Shown: positions 41,077 to 51,219 of the stretch, in pieces | Numbering within the stretch: position 1 is the first letter of the stretch | Layout: each line of letters starts with the position of its first letter | Source of the DNA: Sandaracinaceae bacterium | GTDB taxonomy: Bacteria; Myxococcota_A; Polyangia; Polyangiales; Sandaracinaceae | Direction: 5' to 3' | Assembly (NCBI GenBank): GCA_044220955.1 | Contig: JBGAQA010000001.1 | Location: forward strand, 158,777-222,776 | Length of the DNA stretch: 64,000 bases | Notes under the pieces: model-generated | Told to the model about the DNA's origin: nothing | The model's database searches: none | The model's input: the letters and a program-made list of their open reading frames with translations, nothing else | Translations under genes and position numbers: made by a program

Positions 41077-41784
41077 TCAACGACGGCGGTGCCTGTCCAC
41101 GCCGTGGCCGCGCCGGACCCGGAGCTCCTCGCCGGTCGTGCGGACGACGATCGCGTCGCCCTCCACGCTGGCGTGCGCGCTCGGGTCGGTGACCAGCAGA
41201 TCGCGCGCGAAGCTGCCGCTCGACATGCGCCAGACGTTGCCGCTCGCGTCGACGAGCACGATCTCGCCCGGGACCACGACGAGCTCGGTGAACGTGGTGC
41301 CGGTGGAGCTGCCGCGATCGCGCCAGGTCTCGCCGCCGTCGTCCGTCGTCCACACGTAGCCGCTGTCGCCCGCCGCGACGCCGCGCGCGCTCCCCGGCTC
41401 GAACGCGAAGAGCGCGATCGTCTCGAGCCAGCGCCAGGTGAGGGGGTGCCAGCTCACGCCGCCGTCGTCGGAGGCGACGAGGCGCACCGCGAACCCCGTG
41501 TACATGAAGGGGCCGTTCACGTTGGAGAGCGCCGCGAGGATCCGCCCGGTCGCCGGGACGCGCGCGTAGGTGCGGGCGAAGGTGAGCGCGGGGGCGAGCG
41601 GGCCCGCGGGGAAGGCGAACCCCGACGGCTGCCACGCCGAGCAGCGAAACGGCGCGCCCGCCGCGCCACACCACGTCGAGATGCGCTGCACGGAGAGGCC
41701 CTGGCCGAGGTCGATCGCGTCGGGCGCCTGCGCGCGCGCCGAGGCCAGCGCCGAGAGCGCCAGCGCGACCGAGAGCGCGAGCAT
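41077..41784 (-). CDS. Secreted BNR/Asp-box repeat protein
   Basis: SDDGGVSW and TDDGGETW Asp-boxes; signal peptide. Confidence 0.7.
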   Translation of the reverse strand: MLALSVALALSALASARAQAPDAIDLGQGLSVQRISTWCGAAGAPFRCSAWQPSGFAFPAGPLAPALTFARTYARVPATGRILAALSNVNGPFMYTGFAVRLVASDDGGVSWHPLTWRWLETIALFAFEPGSARGVAAGDSGYVWTTDDGGETWRDRGSSTGTTFTELVVVPGEIVLVDASGNVWRMSSGSFARDLLVTDPSAHASVEGDAIVVRTTGEELRVRRGHGVDRHRRR

Positions 41785-41896
41785 GCGCGGGGTGAGCACG
41801 GGTTCCACGCCGAGTGTACGGCGCGCGCGCCGGCTGCGCGAAGCGCGCGCAGACCTCCTCCGTTCCGCGCTCGGTCGCCCGGAGTCTCCGCCGCGC

Positions 41897-42877
41897 TCAG
41901 CGCGCCTCGCGCATCCAGCGCCCGGCGATCCGCGCGAACAGAGGGGCGGCGAGCGTGCCGCCGCTGTAGTCGCTGCCGCGCGCGACCACGTCGACCACGA
42001 CGACGATCTGCGGGTCGTCGATCGGCGCCGCGCCGGCGAAGCAGCCGCGCGTGCCGCCCTCGGCGAGCGGCACCGTTCCGGTCTTGCCCCCCACCCGCAG
42101 ATCCGCGAGCCAGGCGCCATGCCCGGTGCCGTCTTCGCGCACCACCGCCGCCTCGAGCAGCGAGCGCATCGTCCGCGAGGCCTCGGCGGAGAGCACGCGC
42201 TCGGCCGCGGTGGGCGGCTCCCCCTCGCGCCAGGGCGCGTGGTACACGCCGCCGTTCACGATCGCCGCGAACGCGCTGGCGATCTCGAGCGGGGTCGCCT
42301 CGAGCGCCGGCCCGTACGCGACCCGCGTCGCGGCGAGCGCGTCGTGCTCGGCCGACGCCGGGACGGCCACCTCGAGGTGGAGCGCGCGCAGGCCTGCGAG
42401 CAAGTCGGTCGTCCCGAGGCGCTCGAAGACGTGCACGGCCGCGACGTTCGACGAGAAGGCGAGCCCGTCCTCGACGCTCATCGTGCCGTGCTCCTCGCGG
42501 TCGCGGATCGGCTCCCCCGCGAGCGTGACCGGAGCGCCGTCGAGGCGATCGGCGACCTCGATGGCGCCGCGGTCGAGCGCGATCGCGTAGGTGAACGTCT
42601 TGCCGACCGACCCGTGACTGATCCGATCGCGCGCGGGGAGCTCGGGATCGTGCGTGGAGCCGGAGCGGCTCTGCATCGCCAGCAGGTGTCCGTCGTGCGC
42701 GTCGAGCACCACGGCCAGCGCGCTCAGGACGTCGGTGCTCCCGAGCGTCGCGCCGAGCTCGTCGTCGAGGATCGCCTGCGCGCAAGACGGCTCGGCGAGC
42801 GAGGGCCGAGACCCAGGAGCGGAGCCGCAGGCGAGCAGGAGCAGAGCAGGGGCGAGCGGGAGGAGGTCTTTTCGCAT
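41897..42877 (-). CDS. Stand-alone PBP transpeptidase-domain lipoprotein
   Basis: GSVGK (SxxK), SSN, GKTGT; lipobox LLAC. Confidence 0.8.
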   Translation of the reverse strand: MRKDLLPLAPALLLLACGSAPGSRPSLAEPSCAQAILDDELGATLGSTDVLSALAVVLDAHDGHLLAMQSRSGSTHDPELPARDRISHGSVGKTFTYAIALDRGAIEVADRLDGAPVTLAGEPIRDREEHGTMSVEDGLAFSSNVAAVHVFERLGTTDLLAGLRALHLEVAVPASAEHDALAATRVAYGPALEATPLEIASAFAAIVNGGVYHAPWREGEPPTAAERVLSAEASRTMRSLLEAAVVREDGTGHGAWLADLRVGGKTGTVPLAEGGTRGCFAGAAPIDDPQIVVVVDVVARGSDYSGGTLAAPLFARIAGRWMREAR

Positions 42878-43025
42878 GCGGCGCGCCGGGCACGAGCGAT
42901 GCCACGCGGCGTTCCCGGCAATTCGGTGTCCGACTGCGCCTCGGCGTGGCGCGACGCCCACGGGGCGCGTTCCGGCAGACACGCGGGCGTTCGTGCGTCG
43001 CCGCCCGGTGGTGTACGGTGACGCG

Positions 43026-43589
43026 GTGAGCGACGCGAAGCGCACGCCCTACCGCGAGAAGACGCCGGTCGCGTCGCACGAGCCGAAGCCGCGCGGGCCC
43101 CTCGTCACGCGCGCGCCGGAGCCGGAGCTCGACGTCGGCAGCGGGCCCCGCCCGCCGCGACCGATCCCCGCGCTCCGCGGAGAGAGGCCGGCGGCCGACC
43201 CCGATGCCGGCGTCTTCTCCGGGCTCGTCGCGCCGCATCCCGCGTCCTCGGCGGGCGAGTGGTGGGGTCAGATCGTCCTCACGCTCCTGGGTCTTCCACT
43301 CATCGCGAGCACCTTCGTCCTCGTCGGCTGGCTCGACACACGCCGGGCGTACGACGAGCTCGTGCGGCGCGGGCAGGCGGCCACCCGGCCGGTCGGCATC
43401 GCGCACCCGGCGGCGTGGATCCTCGGCGCGGCGCCGATCGGGATCGCATGCGTCGCGGCGCGCACGGGCGCGGACGTCACCGCGCTCGCGCTCGCCGTTC
43501 CGTTCGCCGCGCTCCTCGGTCGCCGGTCGATCCGCAGGCGCATCCTCGAGCGCGAGTCCTTCGCGGCGACCCAGCGCCGGGCGCGCTGA
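43026..43589 (+). CDS. Hypothetical membrane protein
   Basis: Three hydrophobic segments; start uncertain. Confidence 0.5.
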   Translation: MSDAKRTPYREKTPVASHEPKPRGPLVTRAPEPELDVGSGPRPPRPIPALRGERPAADPDAGVFSGLVAPHPASSAGEWWGQIVLTLLGLPLIASTFVLVGWLDTRRAYDELVRRGQAATRPVGIAHPAAWILGAAPIGIACVAARTGADVTALALAVPFAALLGRRSIRRRILERESFAATQRRAR

Positions 43590-43611
43590 TCGATCGCGGC
43601 GGGCGCGCCGA

Positions 43612-45102
43612 TCACGCGACCACGACGAGCGCGCGGCGCGGACGGCTCGGGGCGAGCGCGCCGAACGCCTTCTTCCACGCTGCGAACTTCCCGCCCGCGT
43701 GCACGGCATCCATCACCGCACGGCCCTCGGCGCGGCCGCCCTGCGCGAGCACGTACTCGACCCAGGCCCAGCGGGCGCTCGTGGCGCGCACGTCCACGCG
43801 GCCGCGCAGCCCGCGCCGCAGGCGGTCGAGCCGGTCGTCGACCACGTCGATGCCCGCGAAGGGCTCGCCGTCGAGGGGCGTGTTCCGCTTGGCGATGAAG
43901 GGCGCGATGCCGAGCGCGAGCGGCGCGATGCGGGAGAGCTCCGTGGCGAATTTCACCAGCTCGTCGACGTCGACGTCCTCTTCGCCCGGCACGCCGATCA
44001 TCATGTAGAGCTTCATGCGCTGCATCGCGTGGGCGCGCGTCAGCTCCGCCGCGCGGAGCAGGTGCTTCTCCTGCGCCTTGCGCTGCATCTTGTCGCGCAA
44101 GCGCTGGCTCGCGCCGTCGCTCGCCGTGGTGAGCGTGCGGTAGCCCGCCATCTTCAGCGCGCCGACGAAGCGATCGTTCAGACGGTCGGGGCGCAGAGAC
44201 GAGAGCCCGACCTCGCGACCCTGCCTGGCGAGCGTCTCCACGATGTCGGCGATCTTCGGGTGGTCCGAGACCGCGGCGCCGACGAGCCCGACGCGCCTGG
44301 CGTCGTCCGGGATGCGCGCGAGCACGGTCTCCATCGGGACGATGCGCATGCCGCCGTTGGTGGAGCGGCGCATCACGCAGTACTCGCAGGCGCGCGAGCA
44401 GCCGCGCTCGGCCTCGAGCAGGAACATGTTGGAGAGCTCGGTGTGCGGCGTGCGGATCGCGGCGTAGGCGGGCAAGCGCTCGAGCGAGGCCTTGGCGATG
44501 CCCGGCAGCGCGTCGCCGTGCAGCGAGGGGACGAAGGCGCTCGGGATGGTCCTCGCGATGGCGTCGAGCGCGGCGTCCTTGCTCCCGGTCGCGAAGATCG
44601 CGTCGAGGGCCGCGTGGATCGTCTCGTCGCACTCGCCCATCAGGACGACGTCGGCGAAGGGCGCGAGCGGCAGCGGGTTCGAGAACGTGAGCGGCCCGCC
44701 CATCAGGATGATCGGGTCGCGCGCGCCGCGAGCCTCGGCGAGCGGCGCGATCCCGGCGAGCTCGAGCACCTCGATCACGCCGGCGAGCTCGAGCTCGTAC
44801 GCGACGCTCAGCGCGACGACCGGGAAGTCGGAGACCGGCCGCTCGGACTCGAAGGTGAAGAGCCGGGTCCGCGCGCGGCGGTAGGCGTCGGGATCGTCGG
44901 GGAGGAACGCCCGCTCGGCGGAGCGCCCCTCGCGCTCGTTGATCTCGCGGTAGATGGTCTGGAACCCGAGCGACGACATCCCCGTGCGGTAGGGGCTCGG
45001 ATAGACGAGCGCGACGCGCTCGGCGGCCTCCCGCGCACGGACGCCGACCTCGTCGCTCACGAGCGCGCGGACCGAGGCTCGCAGATCGTGGGTGATGGCC
45101 AT
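43612..45102 (-). CDS. Radical SAM protein
   Basis: RGCSRACEYC; YP..YRTGMSSLG; KLYMMIGVPGE; FIAK.NTP. Confidence 0.88.
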   Translation of the reverse strand: MAITHDLRASVRALVSDEVGVRAREAAERVALVYPSPYRTGMSSLGFQTIYREINEREGRSAERAFLPDDPDAYRRARTRLFTFESERPVSDFPVVALSVAYELELAGVIEVLELAGIAPLAEARGARDPIILMGGPLTFSNPLPLAPFADVVLMGECDETIHAALDAIFATGSKDAALDAIARTIPSAFVPSLHGDALPGIAKASLERLPAYAAIRTPHTELSNMFLLEAERGCSRACEYCVMRRSTNGGMRIVPMETVLARIPDDARRVGLVGAAVSDHPKIADIVETLARQGREVGLSSLRPDRLNDRFVGALKMAGYRTLTTASDGASQRLRDKMQRKAQEKHLLRAAELTRAHAMQRMKLYMMIGVPGEEDVDVDELVKFATELSRIAPLALGIAPFIAKRNTPLDGEPFAGIDVVDDRLDRLRRGLRGRVDVRATSARWAWVEYVLAQGGRAEGRAVMDAVHAGGKFAAWKKAFGALAPSRPRRALVVVA

Positions 45103-45184
45103 GCGGGCTCGTGGGTATGCGGCATCGCCCGGCCCGCGGCCAGCCGCCTACGTTTCGCTCGGCTTCTCGTCTACAGTCCCGGGC

Positions 45185-45994
45185 ATGTCGAAGAAGCACG
45201 CCCGTCGCCCGTGGCTCGCGCTCGCGACGATCGTCGCGCTCGTCTCCCTCGCGCCCGGCGACGCCGCCGCGCACTTCACGCTGATGGAGCCGGAGTCCTG
45301 GCGCGCGCAGGACATCCTCGGCAACCCGCAGAAGCTCGGGCCCTGCGGGGACGACGGCAGCGCGGCGATGAGCGGCGCGATCACCGAGTACCAGACCGGC
45401 CAGACGATCACGGTGAGCCTCGACGAGACGATCTTCCACCCTGGCTGGTACCGCGTGGCGCTCTCGGTGAACGATCGCAGCGAGCTACCGCCCGAGCCGA
45501 TCGTCACGCCCGGCAGCGACTCGCCGTGCGGCACCGTGGAGATCATGGATCCGCCCGTCTTCCCCGTGCTCGCCGACGGCGTGCTGGTCCACACCGCGTC
45601 GCTCTCGGGCACGCAGACGTTCGAGGTGACCTTGCCCCCGGGCGTGACGTGCGATCACTGCACGCTGCAGATCATCGAGTTCATGCAGCACCACCCGCTC
45701 AACATGCCGGGCGGTTGCTTCTATCATCACTGCGCGGACATCTCGATCCACGACGCCGTGGCGAGCGACGCCGGAACGAGCGAGGACACCGGCATGATCC
45801 GCATGGCGGACACCGGGACGAGCGCCGGCACCGACGCGGGCGTGGGCACCGGGATGGACGGCGGCGCGGGCACGCCGCCGGCGCGCGCATCGTGCGGCTG
45901 CGCGGCCCCGGGTCGTGACGCGGGTGGTCTCGGCTGGCTCGCGTTGGTCCCGCTGGCGCTCTTCGCGAGCCGGCGCCGCGCCAGCGTGTCGTGA
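45185..45994 (+). CDS. LPMO-like (SCE4755-type) secreted protein with MYXO-CTERM-like tail
   Basis: Signal AAA|HFTL, KLGPCG, ETIFHPG.YR, CDHCTLQ, YHHCADI; SCGC-TM-RRR. Confidence 0.78.
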   Translation: MSKKHARRPWLALATIVALVSLAPGDAAAHFTLMEPESWRAQDILGNPQKLGPCGDDGSAAMSGAITEYQTGQTITVSLDETIFHPGWYRVALSVNDRSELPPEPIVTPGSDSPCGTVEIMDPPVFPVLADGVLVHTASLSGTQTFEVTLPPGVTCDHCTLQIIEFMQHHPLNMPGGCFYHHCADISIHDAVASDAGTSEDTGMIRMADTGTSAGTDAGVGTGMDGGAGTPPARASCGCAAPGRDAGGLGWLALVPLALFASRRRASVS

Positions 45995-46069
45995 CCGGGA
46001 CATACTGAGCCGAGACTGGGCGATCCGAGCTGGCCGCGGCGCCGGCGGAGCCGTTCCTGTCCTCCGACC

Positions 46070-46831
46070 ATGCACCGCAGCGCACAGCAAGTGGGGATCT
46101 TCGCGGGGCTCGCCATCGCCGGCGCGCTCGGCTGGTACCACGTCGGGCCCTACCGCTGGCTCGCCGACGGGCAGCTGCGCCTGATGAACGCGTACTACCC
46201 GTTCCTCACGTGGCTCGTGCTCGGGCTCGTGATCGGCTTGCCGCTCGGCGCCCTCGCCTCGACGCTCGCGATCCGCGCGAACCTACGCGACGGCTACGAC
46301 GAACTGCTGCTGCGCCACGGCTGGCTCGTGACGTCGCGCGCCGGGCAGCTCTTGCTCGTGGGGCTCGGCATCGGCATCGCCGGTGTGGTGATCGGCGTCC
46401 GCGCGCACGCCGTCGGCGAGATGGTGCCGCTCTCGATCGCGGCGCTCGAGCGCGGAGAGCCTCCGGCGGGCACCTGGGTGGTGCTGACCGACGGCGTGCC
46501 GGATCGATCGCGCGCGATCGAGGTCGACCACCGCAGCTACGTGCCCGTGTTCGCGACGCGCCCGGTGCCCATGGTGTTCGTCCAGCTCCCCGCCGCGGGC
46601 GCCTCCGTCGTGGACCGCGGGCTGCTGGTCGCGGACGGGCTGCCCAACCTCGCGCGCATCGCCTTCGAGGACGCGGAGCTGATCGCGGACCACCACTACG
46701 TGATCGAGGCCGGCGGCACCCCGCGCACGGACGCCGAGGCAGCGAGGGTGCTCGCCGTCCTCGGCCTCGTGCTCTTCGGAGCCGGCGGCACGATGAGGAT
46801 CTTCTCACGACGGGGAACATCGAGCCCCTGA
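46070..46831 (+). CDS. Hypothetical membrane protein
   Basis: Four TM segments. Confidence 0.55.
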   Translation: MHRSAQQVGIFAGLAIAGALGWYHVGPYRWLADGQLRLMNAYYPFLTWLVLGLVIGLPLGALASTLAIRANLRDGYDELLLRHGWLVTSRAGQLLLVGLGIGIAGVVIGVRAHAVGEMVPLSIAALERGEPPAGTWVVLTDGVPDRSRAIEVDHRSYVPVFATRPVPMVFVQLPAAGASVVDRGLLVADGLPNLARIAFEDAELIADHHYVIEAGGTPRTDAEAARVLAVLGLVLFGAGGTMRIFSRRGTSSP

Positions 46832-46859
46832 GCCGCGCACACACGCGCGGCAGGCCTCG

Positions 46860-48680
46860 TCAGTCGGCCTCTTCGAGGGGCGGGAGCGAAACGCCGTAGA
46901 GCGTCGCCCACGCGCGCTGCGCCGCGGTCGCGACGGCCGCACCCGTGTGCCCGCGGATCGAGCCGTACACGTGCGCGATCTCGGCGCGGACGACGCGGCG
47001 GTCCACGACGAAGTCGCCGTGCGAGATGCCGAGCTCGCGCGCGAGCTCCTCGAAGATGACGAGCGCCGCGTAGCTCTCGGGACGCGTCCAGTCGTGCCGG
47101 CTCATCGGGAACGAGACGACGTGGACGAGGTTCGTGAGCACGCGGTCCGGCTCGCGCGCGACCTGCGAGAGGTAGGCCGAGAGCTCCGCGTTGCTGCGCT
47201 CGGCGAGGTGGTTCACGCGCGTCTCCTCCTCCGTACGGCCCGTGTACGCGGCGAGCGCGTCGGGGACGTGCAGCGCGATCCGGTCGTCCTCGTAGTCGAT
47301 GCGGTGCTGCGCCTCGTGCCGCGCGACCGAGCGCAGGTGCGCGGCCTCGAGCGCCTCGTAGCTCGCCCGCATCTCCGGCGTGTCGAGCTCGCGCTGCGCC
47401 GCGCGGACCTCCCCGAGCAGCGCGGGCCCCGCCGACCGGGCGTAGGGCGCGAGCACGTTCGTGTCGTAGGCGAGCGTGCGCGGCGCGCGGATCGTCACGC
47501 CGAGCGAGAGCAGCGCGTGGTTCATCGCGTCGATCGCGATCCGCCGGCGCACCACGGCGGCCGAGAGGTCGATGACGGCGCGCTCGGTCACGACCTGCCG
47601 CGCCTCGCGCGCGAGGTCCTCGTGCACCCAGGTCTCGAAGGGCGTGACCCACGCCACGTCCTGCTCGTCCTCGTAGCCGCGAACGATCCCGCTCTCGTCG
47701 ACCGAGTGGATCGAGGGCAGCGCGCGCTCGATCAGGAAGTCCTCGATGCGCGAGACGAGCACGAGCGCGTGGTGCACCTCCGGGCGCGTGTAGCCGAGGA
47801 GCGAGCGCTCGAAGCTCAGCGTGTCCACGCGCTCGAGGTCGAGGCCGTTCACGACGCGCTCGCCGCTCGTGAAGCGGCGCCGACGCGCGACGTGGAAGCT
47901 CGTGCAGAGCACGCGGAAGCGCGCGCCGCGCACGAGGAGCACCGCGTCCACGTAGTAGGGCACGCCGGCCGCGGCGAGCGCGTCGTCGAGCGCGACCAGC
48001 GCGCCCGTGAGCGCGAGATCGTCGGTGCCCTCCTCGCGGCGCGAGAAGCGCTCGGCGTCGTCGAGGAATGCCGCGAAGGGCGCGTGCAGCGTGGGCTCCG
48101 TCGCGTCCACCGCCGAGAGCACCGCCGCGTGCGTGCTCGCGACGTCGCGCGGGGCGGCTCGCACCTGACCGGCGACGTCGGCGTCGAGCGCGACGACCCA
48201 GTTCGAGAGCTGCGTGACGAAGAGCTCGCGCACCGGGTCGGGCGGCGCCTCGACCTCGGGCACCGCCTCGATCGCGCCGCCCGCCGCGCGCTCGTCCGCC
48301 TGGTGGACGATCGCCGCCTGGAAGAGCAGCCCGACGAAGGGCGCCGCCACCGAGAGGCCCATCCCGGCGAGCGCGAGCAGGGCCGCGACCCACGCCCGGC
48401 TGCCGAGGCGGCGGGCGTGCTCGGGGTTACGCGCCAGGAGCCCGAGCGTGCCGAGCCCGGCGAGCACACCCGCGATCGTCGGCAGAAAGCAGGGATCGAA
48501 GAAGACCGCGAGCGCGCCGAGCGCCAGCGCGCCGCCGCTCGACGCGAAGATCGCCCGCGCCGCGCGCTGATCCCCCTGCGCGAGCTCCGCCTTCTCCTGA
48601 CACGCCGCGCAGATCGGCTCGCCGCTCTCCGAGAGCAGCGTGTCCGCCCCGACCGTCTTGCCGCACGTCGCGCAGTGCAT
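46860..48680 (-). CDS. Membrane-anchored hypothetical protein with N-terminal zinc ribbon and HExxH motif
   Basis: CATC...CAAC, three TM segments, RHEAQH and downstream AELSAYL. Confidence 0.65.
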   Translation of the reverse strand: MHCATCGKTVGADTLLSESGEPICAACQEKAELAQGDQRAARAIFASSGGALALGALAVFFDPCFLPTIAGVLAGLGTLGLLARNPEHARRLGSRAWVAALLALAGMGLSVAAPFVGLLFQAAIVHQADERAAGGAIEAVPEVEAPPDPVRELFVTQLSNWVVALDADVAGQVRAAPRDVASTHAAVLSAVDATEPTLHAPFAAFLDDAERFSRREEGTDDLALTGALVALDDALAAAGVPYYVDAVLLVRGARFRVLCTSFHVARRRRFTSGERVVNGLDLERVDTLSFERSLLGYTRPEVHHALVLVSRIEDFLIERALPSIHSVDESGIVRGYEDEQDVAWVTPFETWVHEDLAREARQVVTERAVIDLSAAVVRRRIAIDAMNHALLSLGVTIRAPRTLAYDTNVLAPYARSAGPALLGEVRAAQRELDTPEMRASYEALEAAHLRSVARHEAQHRIDYEDDRIALHVPDALAAYTGRTEEETRVNHLAERSNAELSAYLSQVAREPDRVLTNLVHVVSFPMSRHDWTRPESYAALVIFEELARELGISHGDFVVDRRVVRAEIAHVYGSIRGHTGAAVATAAQRAWATLYGVSLPPLEEAD

Positions 48681-48703
48681 GGGATGGGTGTACATATGGG
48701 GTC

Positions 48704-48976
48704 ATGGCCAAGGTGCAAGTGTATCTGCCGGACGAGCTCCGCGCGCGCGTGCGCGCCGAGCTCCCGGATCTGAACGTCTCGGCGGTCCTGCAGCAGGCGC
48801 TCGAGCAGAAGCTCGCCGAGCTCGGCCGTCGCAAGGCGCTCGACGCCGCGGTCCGCAGCTACGAGCGGAAGCACGGAAAGATCACCGACGCCCGCGTCGA
48901 CGCCACGCTGGCGCGCGATCGCGCGACCGCCCGCCGTCCCAACGCCCCCGCCCGCGGCCGGAAGCGAGCCGCTTGA
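48704..48976 (+). CDS. RHH/CcdA-like antitoxin
   Basis: KVQVYLPDEL...R....LNVSAVLQQAL; directly upstream of a PIN gene. Confidence 0.8.
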   Translation: MAKVQVYLPDELRARVRAELPDLNVSAVLQQALEQKLAELGRRKALDAAVRSYERKHGKITDARVDATLARDRATARRPNAPARGRKRAA

Positions 48977-48977
48977 C

Positions 48978-49355
48978 GTGAGTCGCTACGTGCTCGACGC
49001 GGGCGCGCTCATCGCGCTCGATCGGAACGATGCCCGGATGTGGGAGCGCTACCAGCGCGCGCGGCGCGACGAGATCCCGCTCGTCACGCACGGCGGCGTC
49101 GTCGCCCAGGTCGTGCGGGGCGCGCGGCAGGCGCGGCTCGCGCAGGCGCTCCGCGCCGTCGACGTCCTCCCGCTCGATCGCGAGCTCGGCAGCGCGACGG
49201 GCCTGCTGCTCGGCGACGCGAGGACGCACGACGTGGTCGACGCAGCCCTGGTCGTGATCAGCCGAGCAGGCGACACGATCCTCACGAGCGACCCCGACGA
49301 TCTCGAGCGCCTGGTCGCCGCCTCGGGTGTCGACGTCACCGTCGTCCCGGTCTGA
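48978..49355 (+). CDS. PIN-domain toxin
   Basis: VLDAGALIALDR, DVVDA, ILTSDPDDL. Confidence 0.85.
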   Translation: MSRYVLDAGALIALDRNDARMWERYQRARRDEIPLVTHGGVVAQVVRGARQARLAQALRAVDVLPLDRELGSATGLLLGDARTHDVVDAALVVISRAGDTILTSDPDDLERLVAASGVDVTVVPV

Positions 49356-49359
49356 GGTC

Positions 49360-50322
49360 TTACTCGCGCGCGAGCTTCTCGCGGTACCAGGCGATCGTCC
49401 GCTCGAGGCCGTCCTCGAGGTCCACGGTGGCGCGGAAGCCGAGCAGCTTCTCGGCCTTCTTCACGTCGGGCACGCGCAGCTCCACGTCGGGGAAGTCCCA
49501 CCTCACGAAGTCGATCGCGGAGGACGAGCCGGCGAGGCGCCGGACGAGCTGCGCGAGCTGGTAGATCGTGATGGTGCTGCGCGCGTTGCCGATGTTGAAC
49601 GACTGGCCGACGGCCTCGTCGTTCTCGAGCGCGAGCAGGATGCTCTCGACGATGTCGTCGATGTAGCACCAGGCGCGGATCTGATCGCCCTCGTTGTGGA
49701 TGTGGATCGGCTCGTTCTTGAGCGCGCGCGTGACGAACGCGTGGACCGCGCCCTCGCCGACCTGGCCGGGTCCGTAGATGTTGAAGGGACGGATCGCGCA
49801 GGTCGGCAGGCCGTACTGCTTCCAGTAGTTGTGCGCGAGGTGCTCGGTCGCGAGCTTGCTCACGGCGTAGGTCCAGCGTGCCTCGCCGACCGCGCCGAGG
49901 CTGGTCACGTCGGCCTCGCGCACGCGGAACGCGTAGCTGCCGAAGACCTCGCTCGTCGAGAAGTCGATGAAGCGGCGGATGCCCTTGGCCGCGAGCGACG
50001 CCTCGAGCGCGTTCATCGTGCCGAGCAGGCTCACCTTCATCGTGAGCACGGGGTTCTTGAGCACGGTGTCGACGCCGGCGATCGAGGCCATGTGCACCAC
50101 GTAGTCGGCGCCGATGGTCGCCTTCTCGAGCGCGGCCGCGTCCTGCACGTCGCCCACCATCAGCTCGACGTTCGGGTGATCGGCCAGGCCCGCGTCCTTC
50201 AGCGCGTTGCGCCGCAGGTTGTCGAAGATGCGGACGCGGTTCTTCTCCACGAGCCGGCGCGTCAGCCCGGTGCCGATGAAGCCGGCCCCGCCGGTGATCA
50301 GGAACGTCGCCCCTTCGATCAT
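49360..50322 (-). CDS. NAD-dependent epimerase/dehydratase
   Basis: TGGAGFIG, STSEVFG, YAVSK, RPFNIYGP. Confidence 0.9.
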   Translation of the reverse strand: MIEGATFLITGGAGFIGTGLTRRLVEKNRVRIFDNLRRNALKDAGLADHPNVELMVGDVQDAAALEKATIGADYVVHMASIAGVDTVLKNPVLTMKVSLLGTMNALEASLAAKGIRRFIDFSTSEVFGSYAFRVREADVTSLGAVGEARWTYAVSKLATEHLAHNYWKQYGLPTCAIRPFNIYGPGQVGEGAVHAFVTRALKNEPIHIHNEGDQIRAWCYIDDIVESILLALENDEAVGQSFNIGNARSTITIYQLAQLVRRLAGSSSAIDFVRWDFPDVELRVPDVKKAEKLLGFRATVDLEDGLERTIAWYREKLARE

Positions 50323-50527
50323 CGGCTCGTCCCTCCGGTCCCTACCGTCCGCGCGCTGGCGCGCGCTTCCGTCCGGGCCCTCCGTGACGAGCACTCCTGC
50401 CTGGTCATGCGCCGCCGCCTACCACACAGCCTTTACAGGGTCGAACCAGCCTGCGACGCTGCGCGTGGGAAATAAGGTGCGCCCGCTGGGCGTACACAGC
50501 TCGGAGCGCCGAGCACGAGGATCGAGC

Positions 50528-51202
50528 ATGGCCATCTTCGACCGTTTCAATCGCGTCCTGAAGTCGAACCTCAACTCGCTCGTCGACCGGGCCGAGGACC
50601 CCGGAAAGCTCCTCGATCAGACGGTGATGGACATGGAGAGCGAGCTGAAGCGCGCCCGTCAGGACCTCGTCACCCAGCTCGGGACGGCCAAGCGGCTCGA
50701 GAAGAAGGTGCTCGAGGCGCAGGAAGAGGTGACGGGCTGGGAGAACAAGGCCGTCCTCGCGCTCCGCGCCGGAGACGAGGATCTCGCCCGCGAGGCGCTG
50801 AAGATGAAGCAGAAGGCCAAGCAGGGCGCCGACGGCGTGCGACGACAGGCCGACGCCGCGAGCGCCGCGGCCACGCAGCTGCAGAGCACGCTCGAGACCA
50901 TCGAGAAGAAGATCGAGGATCTCAAGGCGCGCAAGACCACGCTGGCCGCGCAGGTCCGGCGCGCGCGCGAGGGGGCCGCGGACGGCGGGCAGCGCTTCGG
51001 CGGCGGCACGCTCGACGAGCTCGAGCACCTGTCGGGCCGCATCGACCAGCTCGAGGCCGAGGTCGAGGCCGCGGACGTGCTCGACGACCCGCACCGCGCG
51101 TCGGTCGAGGCGCGCTTCCGCGAGCTCGAGAAGAAGTCGGGCGGCGCGGTGGTCGAGGACGAGCTCTCCGCGCTGAAGAAGCGGCTCGAAGGCAAGTCGT
51201 AG
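50528..51202 (+). CDS. pspA: PspA/IM30-family protein
   Basis: MAIFDRF....KSNLN.L.DRAEDP.K.L.Q...DM; G.EDLAREAL; coiled coil. Confidence 0.88.
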   Translation: MAIFDRFNRVLKSNLNSLVDRAEDPGKLLDQTVMDMESELKRARQDLVTQLGTAKRLEKKVLEAQEEVTGWENKAVLALRAGDEDLAREALKMKQKAKQGADGVRRQADAASAAATQLQSTLETIEKKIEDLKARKTTLAAQVRRAREGAADGGQRFGGGTLDELEHLSGRIDQLEAEVEAADVLDDPHRASVEARFRELEKKSGGAVVEDELSALKKRLEGKS

Positions 51203-51219
51203 GTCCGGGGGCGGCCGGG

